From: an uncultured Holophagales bacterium | Lineage (GTDB): Bacteria; Acidobacteriota; Thermoanaerobaculia; Multivoradales; UBA5704 | Length of the DNA: 64,000 bases | Assembly (NCBI GenBank): GCA_963842525.1 | Contig: CAWJGT010000003.1 | Coordinates: 864,001-928,000 of the forward strand | Direction: 5' to 3' | In this document: piece after piece, positions 31,444-42,473 of the stretch | Position numbering within the stretch: position 1 is the stretch's first letter | How the letters are laid out: every line of letters begins with the position of its first letter | Program-made: the position numbers and the translations under genes | The notes under the pieces: model-generated | The model's input: only the letters and a program-made list of their open reading frames with translations | The model's database searches: none | What the model was told of the DNA's origin: nothing

Positions 31444-33502
31444 ATGACGCTGAAAGGGGGTTTCCTGGCGACCGTTCTGTTGGCGTCGTCACTTGTCTCC
31501 CCCATACTCAACGCCCAACTCGCCCCTCCGCCTCTCCTTCCCGAGCCTAGTCGTCCGAGCCCTGGCCTCCGAGCTGTCGGGCACCGAGGCGCGGCGGACG
31601 GTGCAGGAGCTGACGCTCTTCCACCGGATGCGTGGCTCGCAAGGTTTCCGCGCTGCGGCCGAGAGCGTGCGCGACCGGCTGCGGCAATACGGCCTTCCGA
31701 ACGTCGAGCTCCTCGAGCTGCCTGCGGATGGAAAGATTTTCTACGGCACCCAGCGGTCGCGGCCGGCCTGGGATGCCGAATTCGCCGAGCTCTGGGAGCA
31801 GGCGCAGGGAGAGAACGGGACCTGGGCCGATGCGCGGCGCGTCGCCTCGTGGGATACACGGCCGGTCACCCTGGCGCAGGACAGCGCGAGCGGCGAGGCC
31901 GCGGCGGAGCTGTCGACGTCGGCGCCGGCACGACGGAAAAGGATTATGAAGGGAAGGACGTCCGGGGAAAGCTGGTCCTGACTTCGTCCCAGCCTGAAGC
32001 GGTGCGCGGGCTCGCGATCGACCGCTTCGGCGCGGCGGGCATCGTCTCCTACGCCCAGAACCAGGTGACCGGCTGGTGGAAGGAGGACGAAAACCTCGTC
32101 CGCTGGGGCCATTTCGGCACCTTCCCGCCGCCGCAGACGTTCGCCTTCATGGTCTCCCTGAAGCAGGCGCGGCCCTGGCAGGAGCGCCTCGGCCGCGGCG
32201 AGCCGGTCCGCTCTGCGGGCGAGCGTCCGGGCGGGGCAGCACCCCGGCAGCTACGACATTGCCACGGCGCTGATTCCCGGCGCCGATCCCGCGCTGCGCG
32301 ACCAGGAGATCGTCCTCTCCTGCCATCTCGACCATCTGCGGCCCGGTGCCAACGACAACGCGAGCGGCTGCGCCACGATCCTGGAGGTGGCCCGCACCCT
32401 CGCCAAGCTGATCCGGGAGGGCAAGCTCGCGCCGCCGCGGCGGACGATCCGCTTCGTCTGGCCGCCCGAGATCGAAGGGACGATCGCGCTCCTCAACGCC
32501 CGTCCGGAGATCGCCCGCCGCGCCAAGGCCGTGATCCACATGGACATGGTCGGGGGCGATCCCGAGATCACCAAGGCGATCTTCCATGTGACCCGTTCGC
32601 CGAAGAGCCTCCCGACCTTCGTCAACGACGTGGCCGAGGCCTTTGGCCGTTTCGTGAACGAGCAGTCCGACGGCTTCGCGAGCACCAACGCCGCCGCGTA
32701 TCCGCTGGTCGACGCCGAAGGGAGCAAGCGGGCGCTTCAGGCCGCCTTCGTCGACTTCACCGAAGGGAGCGATCACCAGGTCTGGACCGAGGGCTCCTGG
32801 CGCATCCCCGCCATCTATCTGAACGACTGGCCGGACCGCTATATCCACACGAGCGGCGACGAGGTCGCCAACATCGACGCGACGAAGCTCCTGCGCGCCG
32901 CGTTTCTGGGGAGTGCCAGCGCCTACTACCTTGCTAACCTCGACGCCTCCCAGGTGCCCGCGCTCTGGGAGGAGGTCCGTGGCCACGCTCTGGAGCGGAC
33001 CGCCGAGGCGCTGGCTCGCCGCGCTCAGCTCCGCGACAAGGCTGAGGCGGACAACCTGCTGCGCTTCCACTTCACCTACGAGCAGGGAGTGATCGATTCT
33101 CTGGCCGCCTTCGCCGAGGTGCCGGTGGAGGTCCGGCGCTCCTCCTCAACCTTCCTCGCGGGCCTCCGCGGGCTGGTGGGGGAGACCGCCGCGCCCGCGG
33201 CCTCCGGCGAGGCGGTCATCTATCGCCGTGCTCCGCAACCGAAAGGCCCCATGGGCGGCTTCGGCTACGACTACTTCGCGGACAAGACCGCCCAGCAGAA
33301 GATTCCCGCGCCCGCTCTGCTCCGCCATCAGGGGCTCTGGGGTGATGGATACGCCTATGAGGCCCTGAACCTGGTGGACGGCAAGAGGACCGTCCACCAG
33401 ATCCGCGACGACCTCGCGGCCATCTACGGCCCGGTGCCGCTCGCGGCCGTGGCCGAATACCTCCAGGCGCTGGCGAAGATCGGGGTGCTGGTCACGCCCT
33501 GA
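31444..33502 (+). CDS. Secreted M28 aminopeptidase with PA domain (DUF4910-like; 3 frameshifts)
   Basis: Signal peptide; DVRGKLVL (PA domain), CHLDH, GANDNASG, PEIEG, DMVGG, GSDH, YIHTSGD. Confidence 0.85.
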
Positions 33503-33508
33503 GCCTCG

Positions 33509-36046
33509 TCAGTGGTTGAAGCGGTAGTTGAGCCGGGCGAAGTAGTAGCCTCCGTTGATGCCGAACGGCAGCGTCTCCCAGCCGTAGACGAACCCGAGCT
33601 GGGGGAACGGGAAGGCCTGCACCGTATCCCAATTGTCCGGATATTCGTCGAAGATGTTGAGGCCGCCGACGGTCAGCTTCAGCTTGTCCGTCAGGTTGTA
33701 GCCGATCGAGAGGTCGGTGAGCCACTTGCCGCCCCACGTCTGCTTGAAGCCGGGCGTGAAGCCCTCTCCCGCGACCTCGCCGAAGTAGTTGAAGCGGAGA
33801 TTGGTCGTCAAGGGACCGCGGTAGTACGTGCCGCTCAGCACGTAGTGCTGTCTCGGCTGGCCTTCCTCGATCAGGGTCACCTGCGCCTGGTCGAACAACA
33901 CTGCCGGCGGCAGGATGTCGGAGGACGACCGGCGGTCGGTGACCTCCGTCTTGTTGAAGTGGAAGGCGCCTTCCAACAGCAGGACCGATTCGCTGCCGAG
34001 CTTCAAGTCGTACAGCGCGACGACGTCCAGGCCGGTGGTCTCGGTGTCGATGGCGTTGGTGAAGAAGAGGACCTGGCCCACACCCAGCGGATCGAGGATC
34101 GCCCGGATCGGGCAGCGGCTGGGGTTGAACGGGGTGCCGCAGCCGGACGCGTCCTCCGGCTGGATGTTGCTCGAGAAAACGATGCGGTCGTCGATGTTGA
34201 TCCGGTAGAGGTCAGCGGTGACACGGAAGGCCTCAGAAGGCTTGGCGACCATTCCGATCGAATAGTTGAGGGAGGTCTCTTCCTTGAGCGCCGGGATGCC
34301 GAAGGCGCGGGTCACGGCGCTGTCCTGGCGCGCCGTGAGCGTGTCGGTGAGCACGCCGGCGGCGTTCAGGTTGGTCGAGCGCTGGCTGTAGAAGGTCTGC
34401 TGGACGCCCGGCGCCCGGAAGCCCGTGGAGACCGTGCCGCGCAGCGAAAAGGCCTCGGTGAAATCGAAACGGCCCGACAGCTTGCCGGTGACGGTGCTGC
34501 CGAAATCCGAGTAGTCCTCGAAGCGCACGGCCGCTCCGGCCAGGAAGCGCGACGTCAGGTTGGATTCGAGGTCGACGTACACCGCGGCGTTCCGGCGGCC
34601 GTCGTCCACCGCCTCGAGGGGCGACCATCCCGGAAAGCCCTGGGCGCCCGGCTGCGCGATGGCGCCGGTCTGATCGAGGATGCGGATGTTGCGGTTGTTG
34701 GTGCGGCCATACTCGTAGGAGACCTCGTCCCCGGCCTCGATCTTGTAATTCTCGTCGCGCCACTCCGCGCCGGTGGCGACGAAGACCGATCCGATCTTGC
34801 CAGTGAAGTCCAGGGTGAAGCTGAGCTGGTCGAGGCTCAGGGTCCCGGTGTCCGCCGAGGTCGGCGACTCCTCGAACCGCGGACCTGAGGGGTTGTTGGG
34901 ATCGCGCGGCTCGTACCAGTAGCTGACGTTGACGGTGTTCTCCTCGCGGAACTTGAATTCGTTCCGGCCATAGTTGACCGCGACGTCGTAGTTCCAGCCG
35001 TTGCCGAAGCCGGCGCGGTAGCCCGCGACGAGGGAGGTGTCGGTCGGCTCGGTGATGATCGTCGGCAGGAAGCCGTTCGGATAGATGGCCGGCACGGTCC
35101 TGCCGTCGCCGCTCGTGCGGAAGAAGCCCGAGGAGTTGCCCTCGCGATTGGACCAGCCGCCGAAGGCGTAGAGCCTGCCGTTGCCGGCGGGGACCTCGGC
35201 ATTGAGCCAGACCGAGGCGTCTTTGGCGTCGGGGTCTCCGATGCGCTGCGTGACCTGGGGAGGGCTGACGCGCAGCGAATCCGGCCCGGCGCGGTTCGTC
35301 TCGCCGCGGTCCCTGTATTCGGCGGTGAGGTTGACAAAGCCGTCCGTGCCGAGGGCATAGCCGGTGTTGAGCCCGGTCATGAAGCTCGTGCCGTCTCCCT
35401 CGTAGGTCTGGCCTCCGTCGAGGGTGAGATCGGTGGCCGTCGTCTGCTTCTTGAGGATGATGTTGATCACGCCGGCAATGGCGTCGGAGCCATATTGGGC
35501 GGCGGCGCCGTCCCGTAGGACCTCGATGCGCTCGATGGACGAGACGGGAATGGAATTGATGTCGTAGCCCGCGGAGCCGCGGGCAATGGTCTGCTGGACG
35601 TTGAGCAGCGACTGCTGGTGCCGGCGCTTGCCGTTGACGAGGACCAGGACCTGGTCGGGGCCGAGGGCGCGCAGCGTGGCCGGCCGGATGATGTCGGTGC
35701 CGTCGCTGATGGTGGTGGAGGAGAAATTGAAGGAGGGCGCCAGCAGTTGGAGGACCCTGCCGGTCTCCGTGGCCCCGGTGCTCTCGATGGCCGCGGAGTC
35801 GATGATGTCCACGGGCGCCGGCGTGTCGGTCGCGCTCCGCCCTTCGACGCGCGTGCCGGTGACGGTGATCTCCTCCTCGAACTCCCTCTCCTCCGGCTGC
35901 GGCTCCTCGGCCGGCTGCTGCTCTTCCTCCTGGTCCGGCGGCGGCTGCGGCTCCTGCGCCCGCACCCCGGGCGGCTGAACCCACAGAGCTCCCGCCACGA
36001 CGGCGATGACGACCCACTTCCGGTGCAGAGAGTGATCGCTGATCAT
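33509..36046 (-). CDS. TonB-dependent receptor
   Basis: EEITVTGTR, PVDII, LVLVNGKR, IERIEVLRDGAAAQYGSDAIAGVINI plug; aromatic C-terminal strand. Confidence 0.93.
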   Translation of the reverse strand: MISDHSLHRKWVVIAVVAGALWVQPPGVRAQEPQPPPDQEEEQQPAEEPQPEEREFEEEITVTGTRVEGRSATDTPAPVDIIDSAAIESTGATETGRVLQLLAPSFNFSSTTISDGTDIIRPATLRALGPDQVLVLVNGKRRHQQSLLNVQQTIARGSAGYDINSIPVSSIERIEVLRDGAAAQYGSDAIAGVINIILKKQTTATDLTLDGGQTYEGDGTSFMTGLNTGYALGTDGFVNLTAEYRDRGETNRAGPDSLRVSPPQVTQRIGDPDAKDASVWLNAEVPAGNGRLYAFGGWSNREGNSSGFFRTSGDGRTVPAIYPNGFLPTIITEPTDTSLVAGYRAGFGNGWNYDVAVNYGRNEFKFREENTVNVSYWYEPRDPNNPSGPRFEESPTSADTGTLSLDQLSFTLDFTGKIGSVFVATGAEWRDENYKIEAGDEVSYEYGRTNNRNIRILDQTGAIAQPGAQGFPGWSPLEAVDDGRRNAAVYVDLESNLTSRFLAGAAVRFEDYSDFGSTVTGKLSGRFDFTEAFSLRGTVSTGFRAPGVQQTFYSQRSTNLNAAGVLTDTLTARQDSAVTRAFGIPALKEETSLNYSIGMVAKPSEAFRVTADLYRINIDDRIVFSSNIQPEDASGCGTPFNPSRCPIRAILDPLGVGQVLFFTNAIDTETTGLDVVALYDLKLGSESVLLLEGAFHFNKTEVTDRRSSSDILPPAVLFDQAQVTLIEEGQPRQHYVLSGTYYRGPLTTNLRFNYFGEVAGEGFTPGFKQTWGGKWLTDLSIGYNLTDKLKLTVGGLNIFDEYPDNWDTVQAFPFPQLGFVYGWETLPFGINGGYYFARLNYRFNH

Positions 36047-36119
36047 CGTCCTTGGTCCTCCAAGTGATTCAGCTAATGGCGCATCCCTTCTACACCCTCC
36101 GGGCGCTTCCGTCAACCGC

Positions 36120-36707
36120 TCACCACCGGTAGTGGCCGATGATTTTGAAGGAGAGGAGGATGTCTTCGTTCTGGGCGCCGGCGCCGATGTTGTGGATCAT
36201 CGAGTGGCGGTTGGTGCGGGGAACGCGGTCTTCGGCCACGATCCCGATGTGGTAGAGGTTGTTGGGCAGTTGCCAGGCGACCACGTCCCCGGGCTCGTAG
36301 GGGGCATCCAGAGGCAGATGCTTCCCCTTGCGCTGCAAGAAGCGCATGAGGTTGGGCACCCGGCGGTGGTCGATGTTGCGGTCCGGGCTCCGCAGCCCCC
36401 AATTGCGCGGGTAGGCCGAGAAATTCCTCTTCATGTCCTGGTGCAGCTCGACCTGCAGATCGACGCCGATCGTGCGGAAGGCCCGGACGACCACGTCCGC
36501 GCAGACGCCCGTGTCGAGGGGGACGTCGCCGTTCGGATAGCCAAGCCGCACGTAGGAGGGGTCGTACCGGGTCGTCACCCCCACCTGCCGGGCCGCGGCG
36601 GCGGCGAGAGCCCTCCCGGTCGGGGCACGTTCGCCTGCAGTCGGGCTCGCCAGCGCCGCGAGGAGCAGCAGCGCTCCGGCCGTCCTGGTCTTGTCCATGA
36701 CCTTCAT
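36120..36707 (-). CDS. DUF1287 (YijF-like) exported protein
   Basis: YDPSYVRLGYPNGDVP, GVCADVVVRA, NIDHRRVPNL, HIGIV, HNIGAG. Confidence 0.88.
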   Translation of the reverse strand: MKVMDKTRTAGALLLLAALASPTAGERAPTGRALAAAAARQVGVTTRYDPSYVRLGYPNGDVPLDTGVCADVVVRAFRTIGVDLQVELHQDMKRNFSAYPRNWGLRSPDRNIDHRRVPNLMRFLQRKGKHLPLDAPYEPGDVVAWQLPNNLYHIGIVAEDRVPRTNRHSMIHNIGAGAQNEDILLSFKIIGHYRW

Positions 36708-36805
36708 TCTATCTGCTTGGTACGTTCCTTGCTATAGACAGATGTGATGGGCCGGCGCTGGAGCCGGCTTCTGAAGATCTCGTGATTTCGAGAGAGGAAC
36801 ACAAC

Positions 36806-37327
36806 ATGAAACTGTCCAAGCTCATGGCTGTTCTGTTGATGACGATGCTTCCGCTCGCCTTCGCCTGCAAGACCCAGGAAGAGGCGGCGGTCGACGATGT
36901 GGACGATACCGCGTCGACGACGAGTGAGCAGGAGGTGGCAGGGGTGGACCAGCCGGGCGACCTGAACCCGGTCGAGGCCCAGGCGATGGTCGACGACGTG
37001 ACGATCGGCAAGAAGGTCGGCGCCGACGGCATGATCGCGACCGAGGACCAGGGCGACGACTTCGCTCCGGGCGATACCGTCTACGTCACCATGAACGTCG
37101 CGGATACGTCTGCGGGCTCGGCGGTGAAGGTGGCCTGGTATGGCCCCGGCGAGACCAAGATCAACGACGAGGAGAAGTCGGTTGCAACCGGCGACAAGTA
37201 CCTGACCTTCCAGGCTGATACGGCGAGCTGGGCGAAGGGCGACTACCGCGCCGAGGTCTGGATCGGAGACGAGAAGGTCAACACCCAGCAGTTCCAGATC
37301 GTGGACGCGGAAAACGCCGGCAAGTAA
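36806..37327 (+). CDS. Lipoprotein with Ig-like C-terminal domain
   Basis: Lipobox LAFAC; RBS GAGAGGA; GDYRAEVWI strand. Confidence 0.75.
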   Translation: MKLSKLMAVLLMTMLPLAFACKTQEEAAVDDVDDTASTTSEQEVAGVDQPGDLNPVEAQAMVDDVTIGKKVGADGMIATEDQGDDFAPGDTVYVTMNVADTSAGSAVKVAWYGPGETKINDEEKSVATGDKYLTFQADTASWAKGDYRAEVWIGDEKVNTQQFQIVDAENAGK

Positions 37328-37362
37328 CAGCCTGGAGCCCTTCCCTTTTCTCCCTGGACCAC

Positions 37363-37392
37363 GGCGGCGGATTGCGCCGCCTTTTTTATTTT
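37363..37392 (+). terminator. Intrinsic terminator
   Basis: GGCGGCG-GATTG-CGCCGCC followed by a T-run. Confidence 0.75.
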
Positions 37393-40300
37393 TGGACCAC
37401 GGAGCCGTACTCCCTGGCGAGGAGAGGGTTTGCCGCCAGGGCTTTTCTCAGCGAGGCAGCCGCCTCGTCGAGGCGGACACGGCGGCGGGAGGGGTCGGCC
37501 TCCAGTCCTGCGGCGAGGCGCTGGAGGAGCCCTTGGAGGGCCAGGGCGTTCGATTCGTCGGGATTGATGGCGAGGGCCTTGCCGGTGCGGGCGATGCCCT
37601 CCCGGAGATCGGCCTCGGGCCGGCCGCCCCGGGCGAGCGTCCCTTCGGCCCGATAGCGGCACACCTGCGCCTGGGCGAGGTAGATGTCTGGAGAGCCCGG
37701 GTTCAGGGCCGCTGCCTTCCGCAGGTCCTCTTCTGCCTCCTGGAACGCGCGGTCGGGGTCTCTCTTCTGCCCGAGGGCCCAGCGGGCGGCGACGAGATGG
37801 ATCCTGGCGCGCTCCAGAAATCCGTCGGCATCGTCGGGATTGAGCCCGATGTATCGGTCAACATGAGATTCGGCGGTGCGGACCTCCGCGCTCGGGTCCT
37901 CCCCCCGCGCGCGGAGCGCCTCTGCCAGAGACCGGTGGGTGTAGGCCAGGTTGTAGATTCCGACACCGTAGTCGGGAAAACGGTTGACGGCCTCCTGAAA
38001 GCTGTCCGCCGCCTTGCGGAGATCCGGCCGCGGATCGCCTCCTCTCGGTGTCAGGTACTCGGCCAGGATCAGATGGCTGTTCCCCAGGTTGTTGTAGGCC
38101 GAGGGGCGCTCGGGGTTGACCTGGAGGGCGTGCCCCAGGACCGAGACGGCGTTCCGGGTCGCCTCGGAAGGATCCAGGCCGTGGGCACTATGGTATTCGG
38201 CGATGTCGCTCCAGGCTGCTCCCTGGTTGCTGAGAGCCTGGAAATATCCAGGGCTCACCGCGAGGCTACGGTCCCAGGCTGCGATGGCCTGGCGGGTGAC
38301 AGGCCGGGGATCGAGGCCTCGCCGGTCCTGGTCGCGGGCAAGCCGGAGCCGTGTGAGGCCGAGCTCGTTGTAGTTCGGGGCAACCTCGGGCTCCAGCTCG
38401 ATGGTCTGCTGGGCCGCCGCGATAGAACGTTGGTAGGCGGGGACCGGATCGGCCCCATGGTCCGCCTCCCACTGCCCCTGGAGACGCCAGCAGGCGGCGA
38501 TCGTCTTGTGGGCTCGGGCGAGCCTCGGCTGGACCGCGAGAGCCCGCTCCGCCCGCCGCATGGCGTCCACCAGACCGGGCCGGGGGTCGGTCCCCGTCCG
38601 CTGCTTGCGGTCCGCACGCCCATACAGCAGCCAGGCCTGATAGCTGAGGGCGTCGGCCAGCTCGGGGTCGACCTCAAGCGCCTGGTCGCAGGCCGCCAGG
38701 GCGGAGTCCTCCTCGTCCAGTGAGAATCTGCCGAGATTGCTCAGCACCCCGATCCGCCGGATCTGGCGCCAGCATTCGCCGGCGTGCAGAGGCGCGTTGC
38801 TCGGGACAATCGAAAGGAGCTTGCCATAGATGCCTCCCGCGCGATCGAAGGAGAGGAGGGCCTCTTCGCTACGGCCCTCTGCGGCCAGATCGTCGGCGCG
38901 GGATGCCCAGGCCTCAGCCTCCAGTTGCACGGCTTCGTACAGCAGCGGGTCCCGGTGCGCCGCCTGGCTCGCCTTCCGGACAGCTTCCTCGTAGCGCCCT
39001 TTGTAAAAAGCGATCAGGGCCGCAATGTAGGGGGTCTGCTGGGATCTGTCCCGATAGGCCTCTTCCAGGCGAGCGAGGGCTGGCTGGCGATAGGTCCGCC
39101 CCATCTCCTGCCGCGCGTCCTTGCGGGCATCTCCCCGGCTGCTGCTGGCGTCGACCAGGGCCTTCTCGTAAACGAGGCCGAGGGCCCGGCCCAGGGCGGC
39201 GGCCACCTCGGGGTTGCGTTCGCCTGCGTTCCACGCCTTCTCCAGGTGAGACCGCGCGGGCTCGGGCTGGCCGAGGGCGAGGTACGCCTGGCCGAGCGCC
39301 CAATGGCCCGGTCCTACGGCGATCGGCCCCAGGTGCTCCATCTCGCGGCGGATCTCGTCGAGCTCGCTGCGGAGCGCCCGTTTCGAAGCGGTCACGTCGT
39401 GCTTGGGGAGGAGCGATTCGGCGCGCACCCGCCAGCCGATCTCGGTCACCCGTTGGCCGAAGCGTTGCGCGAGGGCGGCCCGCTCGCGGGCCTGCCAGCG
39501 GGTGCGGACGATGGCGGCGCCGAGGACGAGGAGGGCCACGATGGCGGTCGCCGTCACGACGGCCAGCGCGCGGTTCTTGCGCAGCCGCTTGCCGGCCCGG
39601 TACGACCAGCTCGCGGGCCGTGCCTCGATCGGCTCGCCGTCCAGCCAGCGGTCGAGGTCGTCGGCCAGGGCGCGCGCCGATTCGTAGCGCCGGTCCGGAT
39701 TCTTCTCGATGCACTTGTGGATGATGGTCCCGAGGTCGGCGGCGACCGCCGGGGCGAGCTTGCGCAGCGGGACCGGGTCCTCCTGGATCACCCGAACCAG
39801 GGTGCTGGCCGGGTTGGGTCCTGCGAAAGGAGGCGATCCGGCGAGGAGCTCGTAGAGGACGATGCCGAGGCTGTAGACGTCGGTCCGCCGGTCGAGGGAG
39901 AGGCCTTGCGCCTGCTCCGGCGAGAGGTAGGCCGGGGTGCCGGTGATCACCCCGGTGCGGGTCAGGGCCGCGTCCCCCTGGTCCTGCGCCAGGCCGAAGT
40001 CGACGACGTAGGGGTGGTGCTCCCCGGCCTCGCCGGTCGCCACCAGGATGTTGGCCGGCTTCAAGTCGCGGTGGATCAGGCCGGTCCTGTGGGCCGCATG
40101 GACCGCCCGCGCCACGTCGCGCACGAGGCGGACCGCGAGCTCGGGCGCGATCCTGCCGCGCAGCTCCGAGAGGCTCCGCCCCTCGATGTACTGCATGGCG
40201 ATGTACGGACGGCCCTCGACCTCGCCGACCTCGTGGACCTGGCACAGATGGGGGTGCTCGACGCGCGCCTGCGCCTGGGCCTCGCGCAGGAAGCGCTCGA

Positions 40301-40493
40301 CCTGGACCTCGTCGTTGCGGTGAAGGAATTTGAGCGCGACCCGGCGGTTGAGGGAGGGATCGAAGGCCCGGAACACGGTGCCCATGCCCCCGGTGCCGAG
40401 GAGGCGCTCGATCCGGTAGCGCGGCCAATTGGCGAGGAAACGGTAATCCGCGGGGAACAGAGGCCCGAGACGGCCCTCGGTGGGTGGCTCCAT
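37386..40493 (-). CDS. Hanks-type Ser/Thr protein kinase with TM helix and TPR region
   Basis: LGTGGMG, VALK, HRDLKPAN, DFG, GTPAYLSPEQ, TDVYSLG. Confidence 0.93.
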   Translation of the reverse strand: MEPPTEGRLGPLFPADYRFLANWPRYRIERLLGTGGMGTVFRAFDPSLNRRVALKFLHRNDEVQVERFLREAQAQARVEHPHLCQVHEVGEVEGRPYIAMQYIEGRSLSELRGRIAPELAVRLVRDVARAVHAAHRTGLIHRDLKPANILVATGEAGEHHPYVVDFGLAQDQGDAALTRTGVITGTPAYLSPEQAQGLSLDRRTDVYSLGIVLYELLAGSPPFAGPNPASTLVRVIQEDPVPLRKLAPAVAADLGTIIHKCIEKNPDRRYESARALADDLDRWLDGEPIEARPASWSYRAGKRLRKNRALAVVTATAIVALLVLGAAIVRTRWQARERAALAQRFGQRVTEIGWRVRAESLLPKHDVTASKRALRSELDEIRREMEHLGPIAVGPGHWALGQAYLALGQPEPARSHLEKAWNAGERNPEVAAALGRALGLVYEKALVDASSSRGDARKDARQEMGRTYRQPALARLEEAYRDRSQQTPYIAALIAFYKGRYEEAVRKASQAAHRDPLLYEAVQLEAEAWASRADDLAAEGRSEEALLSFDRAGGIYGKLLSIVPSNAPLHAGECWRQIRRIGVLSNLGRFSLDEEDSALAACDQALEVDPELADALSYQAWLLYGRADRKQRTGTDPRPGLVDAMRRAERALAVQPRLARAHKTIAACWRLQGQWEADHGADPVPAYQRSIAAAQQTIELEPEVAPNYNELGLTRLRLARDQDRRGLDPRPVTRQAIAAWDRSLAVSPGYFQALSNQGAAWSDIAEYHSAHGLDPSEATRNAVSVLGHALQVNPERPSAYNNLGNSHLILAEYLTPRGGDPRPDLRKAADSFQEAVNRFPDYGVGIYNLAYTHRSLAEALRARGEDPSAEVRTAESHVDRYIGLNPDDADGFLERARIHLVAARWALGQKRDPDRAFQEAEEDLRKAAALNPGSPDIYLAQAQVCRYRAEGTLARGGRPEADLREGIARTGKALAINPDESNALALQGLLQRLAAGLEADPSRRRVRLDEAAASLRKALAANPLLAREYGSVVQK

Positions 40494-40537
40494 GTGTAAA
40501 GGCTCAGGGGGAAAGGCTGCTCTGAGGAGCATAGCAG

Positions 40538-40743
40538 AACCTCACCCCCTGTCCCCCTCTCCCATCGCCCCCCCTTCCTCCGGGAGAGGGGGAACGTTGT
40601 TGGTGCTCTGAAGGGATAGCTGGCAGTTCCTTCTCAGAGGCTCTTTTTCTCAAGGCCTCGACCTTGCCTCCAAGCTCCCAGCTACGTCCCCCCTCTCCCG
40701 GTCGGTGGGGGGGCGATGGGAGAGGGGGACAGGGGGTGAGGTT
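40538..40743. repeat. Inverted pair of CCTCACCCCC..CCCCCTCTCCC palindromic repeats (REP/MITE-like)
   Basis: AACCTCACCCCCTGTCCCCCTCTCCCATCGCCCCCC at the left end and its reverse complement at the right end. Confidence 0.85.
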
Positions 40744-40809
40744 CCCGCCCGTGCACCCCCTGACTTTGACCGGCTCCTGCCTTTCTGACTGCGATACCAT
40801 CGTCCCGCC

Positions 40810-42432
40810 TTGAACCCCCCATCCCCCGACCTCCGGCTTCGCTGGACGGCCCTGGCCGTCGCGGTCACCACCGCCCTGATTCGCCTGCCGTTCGCGGCCC
40901 GCCGGATGTGGGACCACGACTCGGTCCAGTTCGCGCTCGGGGTGGAGCGCTTCGATCTCGCCGCCCACCATCCGCACCCACCCGGCTACCCGCTCTACAT
41001 CGGCATCCTGAAGCTGCTGGCCGCCGTAGGCGTCGACCCCCTGCATGGCATGGTCGCGCTCGCCATTCTGGGAGGGGGGCTCGGAGCCGGCTGCATCGTC
41101 CTGCTCACTGCCCGTCTCCTCCGCCCGATCGACGTTTCCCCTCTCCCGGCCGCTCTCTTCGCCGGCGCCCTCTACGCCACCAACCCGCTGCTCTGGTTCT
41201 ATGGCGAGCTGCCGCTGATCTACGCTCTCGAAGGAGGCATCACCGTCCTCCTCGCCTGGCTGGCTGTGCGCATGGAAGACGGGCGCCTCTCCTTCCTCCT
41301 CGCCTGCGCCGCCTTTGCTTTGGCCGGAGGGCTGCGGCAGTCGACGATGGTCCTGCTCGCGCCGCTCTTCCTCTTCGGACTGTGGCGGACCTGGCGGCGG
41401 GGGAGGCTGCCCCCGGGGCTCTTTTTCGGCGGAGCCGGTCTCGGAGCGGTGCTCGTGCTCGCCTGGCTGGTGCCGCTCTGCCGCGCCGCGGGCGGGTACG
41501 GAGCTTACCGCCGCATCGGCGCGGAGCACTTCGGGACCCTCCTGCCGGAGACCTCGATCCTCTACGGCGCCGGCTGGGGCGCGCTCGCGCACAATGTGGA
41601 GGTCCTGGTGAAGTGGGCGCTTCAGGGGGTCTTCCCCGGGGCGGTGGCGCTCGTCCTGCTCTGGATGACGGTTCCCGGCCGGATCGTTCCTGGGCTGAAG
41701 CTCCTCGCCTCCCGGCTCCCCTGGCTCCTCGCCTGGGCGCTTCCGCCGATCCTGTTCTTCGCCCTCTTCCACGTCACCAAGGCCGGGTACACCCTGATCC
41801 ATCTACCCGCCCTGCTGACGGCCCTGGCCCTGGCTGCGGCGCCGGCCTTGTCCGCGAGCCGGACCCGGACGGTGGCCGGGACGATCCTCGCCGCGGCGGT
41901 CGGCGCCGGGCTCTTCCTTTTCGGAGCCGACCGCCGTCCCGACCAGCCCCGGTGGTGGGCGGTGGTCCGCCACGAGCATAACCGCGGCGCGATCGCAGAC
42001 TTCGAGAGCGGCCTCGACCGGCTGCTGGCGGCGGTTCGGCGCTACCCGTCCGGCGAGACCGTTCTGGCGGCGGTCGAGCTGTCGGGGACCGGACCGTCCG
42101 GCGCAGACGGGTTCCTCTATCCCTGGCACCGGCATCTGCAGTGGTACCTCCCCGAGTATCCGGTCCTGCTGCTCGTCCCGGAAGAGCGCTTCGCTCTGAT
42201 GGGGGAGGGGCACCGGCCGCTCCAGCGCGAGGAGGGCCGGATCGAGGTGCCGCCGGCCACACGGCGCATCCTGTTCGTCCTCTCCGCTCCGACCGGCGCA
42301 CGGCTGCCTCTGCCACCCGGCTCCCTCGAACGCATGGGGGACGGCCTCTATCTACTCGCGGTACCTTTCCGCGGCAGCCTGCGGGCCGGGCCGCTCGTGC
42401 TCGTCCCTGCGCGGGCGCGTGACGCGGCATGA
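40810..42432 (+). CDS. GT-C fold membrane glycosyltransferase-like protein (DUF2723/ArnT-like)
   Basis: WDHDS acidic loop, HPHPPGYPLY, multiple TM helices. Confidence 0.7.
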   Translation: MNPPSPDLRLRWTALAVAVTTALIRLPFAARRMWDHDSVQFALGVERFDLAAHHPHPPGYPLYIGILKLLAAVGVDPLHGMVALAILGGGLGAGCIVLLTARLLRPIDVSPLPAALFAGALYATNPLLWFYGELPLIYALEGGITVLLAWLAVRMEDGRLSFLLACAAFALAGGLRQSTMVLLAPLFLFGLWRTWRRGRLPPGLFFGGAGLGAVLVLAWLVPLCRAAGGYGAYRRIGAEHFGTLLPETSILYGAGWGALAHNVEVLVKWALQGVFPGAVALVLLWMTVPGRIVPGLKLLASRLPWLLAWALPPILFFALFHVTKAGYTLIHLPALLTALALAAAPALSASRTRTVAGTILAAAVGAGLFLFGADRRPDQPRWWAVVRHEHNRGAIADFESGLDRLLAAVRRYPSGETVLAAVELSGTGPSGADGFLYPWHRHLQWYLPEYPVLLLVPEERFALMGEGHRPLQREEGRIEVPPATRRILFVLSAPTGARLPLPPGSLERMGDGLYLLAVPFRGSLRAGPLVLVPARARDAA

Positions 42433-42473
42433 GACAATCGGCTCCAGACAAGCAAGGAGGTGGAGGTCGTGCG

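Noticed and set aside
37386-40493. Ser/Thr kinase as the missing lanthipeptide dehydratase
   Set aside because: It is an ordinary membrane Hanks kinase with TPRs, has no lyase domain, and lies 20 kb away.
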